A stretch of DNA of 64,000 bases from Schizochytrium sp. TIO01 (taxonomy: Eukaryota; Protista; Bigyra: Labyrinthulomycetes). Below, piece after piece: positions 60,851 to 64,000 of this stretch (positions are counted from its first letter, which is position 1; each line of letters begins with the position of its first letter). The translations under genes and the position numbers were made by a program. Under the pieces are notes generated by a model, which made no database searches, had not been told where the DNA came from, and saw only the letters and a program-made list of their open reading frames with translations. The DNA lies in assembly GCA_004764695.1 (NCBI GenBank), contig SMSO01000034.1, positions 2,418,001 through 2,482,000 of the forward strand, in the 5' to 3' direction.

Positions 60851-63253
60851 AAGGACACTGTCTAAGAACTGTCTTCGAGCCGCGATTTAGTTTTTGACCA
60901 TGCTTGGGCCTTGGCCACTATAGGAAATGCAAGTTTTGCAAATTTTATAAGTTGAATCTGTAGAGAATATTCATTCACACTCTCACTAGTAGGCAGAGGT
61001 GACAAGTTGAAGCCGTCATTGCAGCACACGCAAAAAGTGCGTAAACGTGCCAGAAGCACTTATAATTATACCTCCACACCCGACATGACAAAGTATGCAG
61101 CCCTTCAACCTTTACGGTTGCAGAAGACTTTGCCATTAGTGGTTTGCGACCCGATGCATTTGCAAGAGCATGTCCCAAAATTGAAACAAGTGGCTGATAG
61201 ACTGATTCACCCTAGATTGGCCACAGATCGACTTGGTGACCTAGAAGCCAAAGAGTTGCAAACCCTCGGTTTTCACAATACTCTGGAGGCAGTCATCTTC
61301 GGTAGAGTGAATGATTCTCTCAAGCACATGATGCACATGAATTATGGTATGATTTCTTAACTTTAACTTATTTCAGTCCATAATCTCAACTGCGCCCTTA
61401 TGGTGATTTAAGTGCGCATCCAGTCTGACCTTTAGCGCACTAAGGGCTCTTTCAGCGCTGCCTTTATGCAGAATCATGTTTGAGGGCAGCTCTGCGTTTG
61501 TCTTTGCCATTGAACTTGCACACGATGCCATCACTCGCTTCCTAATGGACAGGAAGTCTATTCGATGAAGCAAGCCCTAGCGCTGTTTTGATCTGCTGCG
61601 TGCTCGACTGCGGCCAACTGGCGAGGCTTTCCTAAACCAAGCGTGATGCCAAAGCTGTTTCTATGCATCGACAGCTCCACAGACAAGCAGATCACTGCAT
61701 CTCACTCGGTGCTCTGGCTAAAGCACGACGCGGCACATCTTCATCTGTTAGAATGCCAGCCTTAGAGGTGAAACATTTCTCAGTAGTTTTCTAAAGCCAA
61801 GGAGAGGCCAAGGAATTGGTTGCAAAGATAGACGAAGCAGAACTTAGCGACATCCTCCGATCACGCACGCGCGCCAGTCGATAGTCCATGCAGATACTGC
61901 AGGAGGTCTGGCACTGCCAATGGTGAGCTGGCTCGATTGAAGCGAAGTGAAGTACGTTGACGTTATCGTGCAATGAAACAGTGAAAGAGGGTGTCACCAA
62001 TTCCACTTCGGGCGTCATCGTCCTTTCGCAGGGATATTCGGACTGATCCACAGCACTCGCACTCGCCAAAAGCAGAACCAAGCCAGACCAACAACTCGAG
62101 GAGTAGTATTATGTGAAACCCATACATGGTTGCAATGTATATGAGGTCAACAGTTTGGAGTCTTTTGCGCAGCATTACAACTGAAGAGGATTATCATTGC
62201 ATCCCACTTCACCTCTTGTAAAGTGCCAATGGGAAAGGAATATTATTTCATGCGGGTTGTAGTAATAGAACACTCGCACTCATCAATCATACGGACGGAG
62301 GCCGCTGCCAAATAAAAACTCAGCTAAAGGAATTGTGCTTGTAAAGAAAGAAGAACTGGTAATTGAAGGCGTAAGTACACACCCTCCGACAGGCTGTTCT
62401 GTTCAAACATTCGCTCGAGTTTGTGTTAAAGTAAAGGGCTGCAAAGAGCACCGGCAGAAGGCTGTATTATTTAGACATGGTGTTGTGCATCTGAGTCGTG
62501 AAATGGAATGAGAGATAGAGAAGCTTTAATTTGAGCTTTTATCCAAGCTGCATGATCGATAGCGATAGAAGAAACTTCTGACTAGAATCGAAGATTGATA
62601 GGAATAGGAATGGCCCAGGAGTGAAAGTGTAGACCTTTGTGTAACTCAAAGGGTACTCGTATAGTACCAACTCAAAATATCAGTAAAAGATTGAAAAGAG
62701 TGCCCGGGAACGAAAACGGAAATTGAAAGATGCGAATGCCCGAATTAGTGCTTGAAAATTTTCATATTCTGGTCATGGTGAGGTATATTCATGAAATTAA
62801 TTAACCTTTCAACCTTTCAACCTTAATAAATTGAGAAGACATCTTGAGAAATGACTTCTGCAGTGCAAAGTAGGTACTTTTCTACCTGTATCACTCTCAC
62901 GAGGTACTGAATATAAATTTCTTTCTGTAATGTATAACTTCGAACAAAAGGATAAATAGTAATAGGGAGACTCAATACGCTTAGAGACTTCGAAGTTTAA
63001 GACATAAATAATAAACTATGCCTAAACATCTCTTAATTTTGGTAGAACGTTGCTTCTTAGTAATTTATTTAACTTCAGGGCAGACAAAACAAGCATACAG
63101 ACTTGCAAAACCGATAGCCAAGTTGCAGATTCACGCGCGCAAGGAGCACTTGCTTGCAAAGACTACATCTCTCGATTTCGTGGCCCAGGACGAAGGCGTG
63201 CAGTATTTGTGAGAGATTGGGATTGAAAGTGTTGCTCTATCGAGGGAGCTACC

Positions 63254-63906
63254 ATGTCGCATCACCCAGAGGTCATCACAGCACTTGAAGCGCTTCGTCA
63301 GGGTTCAACAAATATAACGTAGGTTTACATTGCATTGTCTCCTTTCGAAGTGGTGCTATACGAAATAGAAACCGAGAGGAATTACCAAATAGGATGACCG
63401 ACTTTTAACAGTATGCATACGTGCAATATGTTGTTTATGAAAAATTAATTGAGCCTACAGCCTTGACAAAGCCGAAATCGGTGACGAGGGCGCGAAAGCA
63501 CTTGCGGCAGCCTTGGAAAACCATCACTCACTTACAGAACTTGGGTAAGTTATCTAGTTTTTTGGACACGTTTGACACTTGAGCCAAGTTTTGTTGTTCG
63601 CTAGCCCAATATGATGCATGTTGGGGTTGACAATTGAATCACTTGTGCCAACACCTATGTTATTGTCAATTAGTTTAATCTTGGGCGTGCCTACTTCTAC
63701 GTAGACAAGTAAAAAACGCGGCAACTAAAGATGGCATCTGGAGCTAAACGACTGACGGATATGTGTATTATAATATGCTTGCTTGCACTGTGGTTCTTGC
63801 GATTGGGGAATTCACGCAACAGTCTTTATTCAAATAAGATTGGTGATGAGGGCGCGAAAGCACTTGCGTCAGCCTTGGAAAACCATCACTCACTTACAAA
63901 ACTTGA
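63254..63906 (+). CDS. Ribonuclease-inhibitor/NLRC3-type LRR protein, 5' part (exons 63254-63318, 63461-63544, 63823-63906; continues beyond the window)
   Basis: The spliced product reads MSHHPEVITALEALRQGSTNITLDKAEIGDEGAKALAAALENHHSLTELGLYSNKIGDEGAKALASALENHHSLTKL. Donors GTAGGT/GTAAGT, acceptors CAG, all introns phase 2, repeat exons exactly 84 nt. Confidence 0.85.
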
Positions 63907-64000
63907 GTAAGTTATCTAATTGTTTGGACACGTTTGAAACCTGAGTCAAGTGTTGTAGTTCGCTAGCCAAATACGATCCCAGTTGACATTGCAAATTGAA

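Noticed and set aside
61007-62200. ORF 61007..61360 and downstream coding-like sequence as a transposase partner of the Fanzor relic
   Set aside because: No serine recombinase, tyrosine recombinase or DDE motifs were found, and there are many stops.

Overview
Eukaryotic, moderately AT-rich genomic DNA with mostly intronless genes and long microsatellites. The style suggests a stramenopile protist such as a thraustochytrid, but that is inference only. Main contents: (1) two tandem minus-strand genes for FAAL / unknown helical insert / ACP / membrane + left-handed beta-helix (Pls-like terminal module) enzymes, the first cut by the window edge; (2) three low-complexity coiled-coil proteins, two of which share a ~130-aa folded domain I cannot assign; (3) three paralogous proteins with an MLKL-like N-terminal helical bundle, a kinase fold and 16, 3 or 9 ARM repeats, where two are predicted pseudokinases (DFG changed to GFG) and one keeps all catalytic motifs; (4) two single-pass membrane proteins; (5) a decayed Fanzor/TnpB-like nuclease; (6) at the right edge, the start of an RI-type LRR gene built from 84-nt one-repeat exons with duplicated introns, absent from the ORF track. 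The best candidate for an undescribed system is the MLKL-like bundle / (pseudo)kinase / ARM triad, possibly a protist cell-death or immune module. All family assignments are by eye from remembered motifs; no searches were run.
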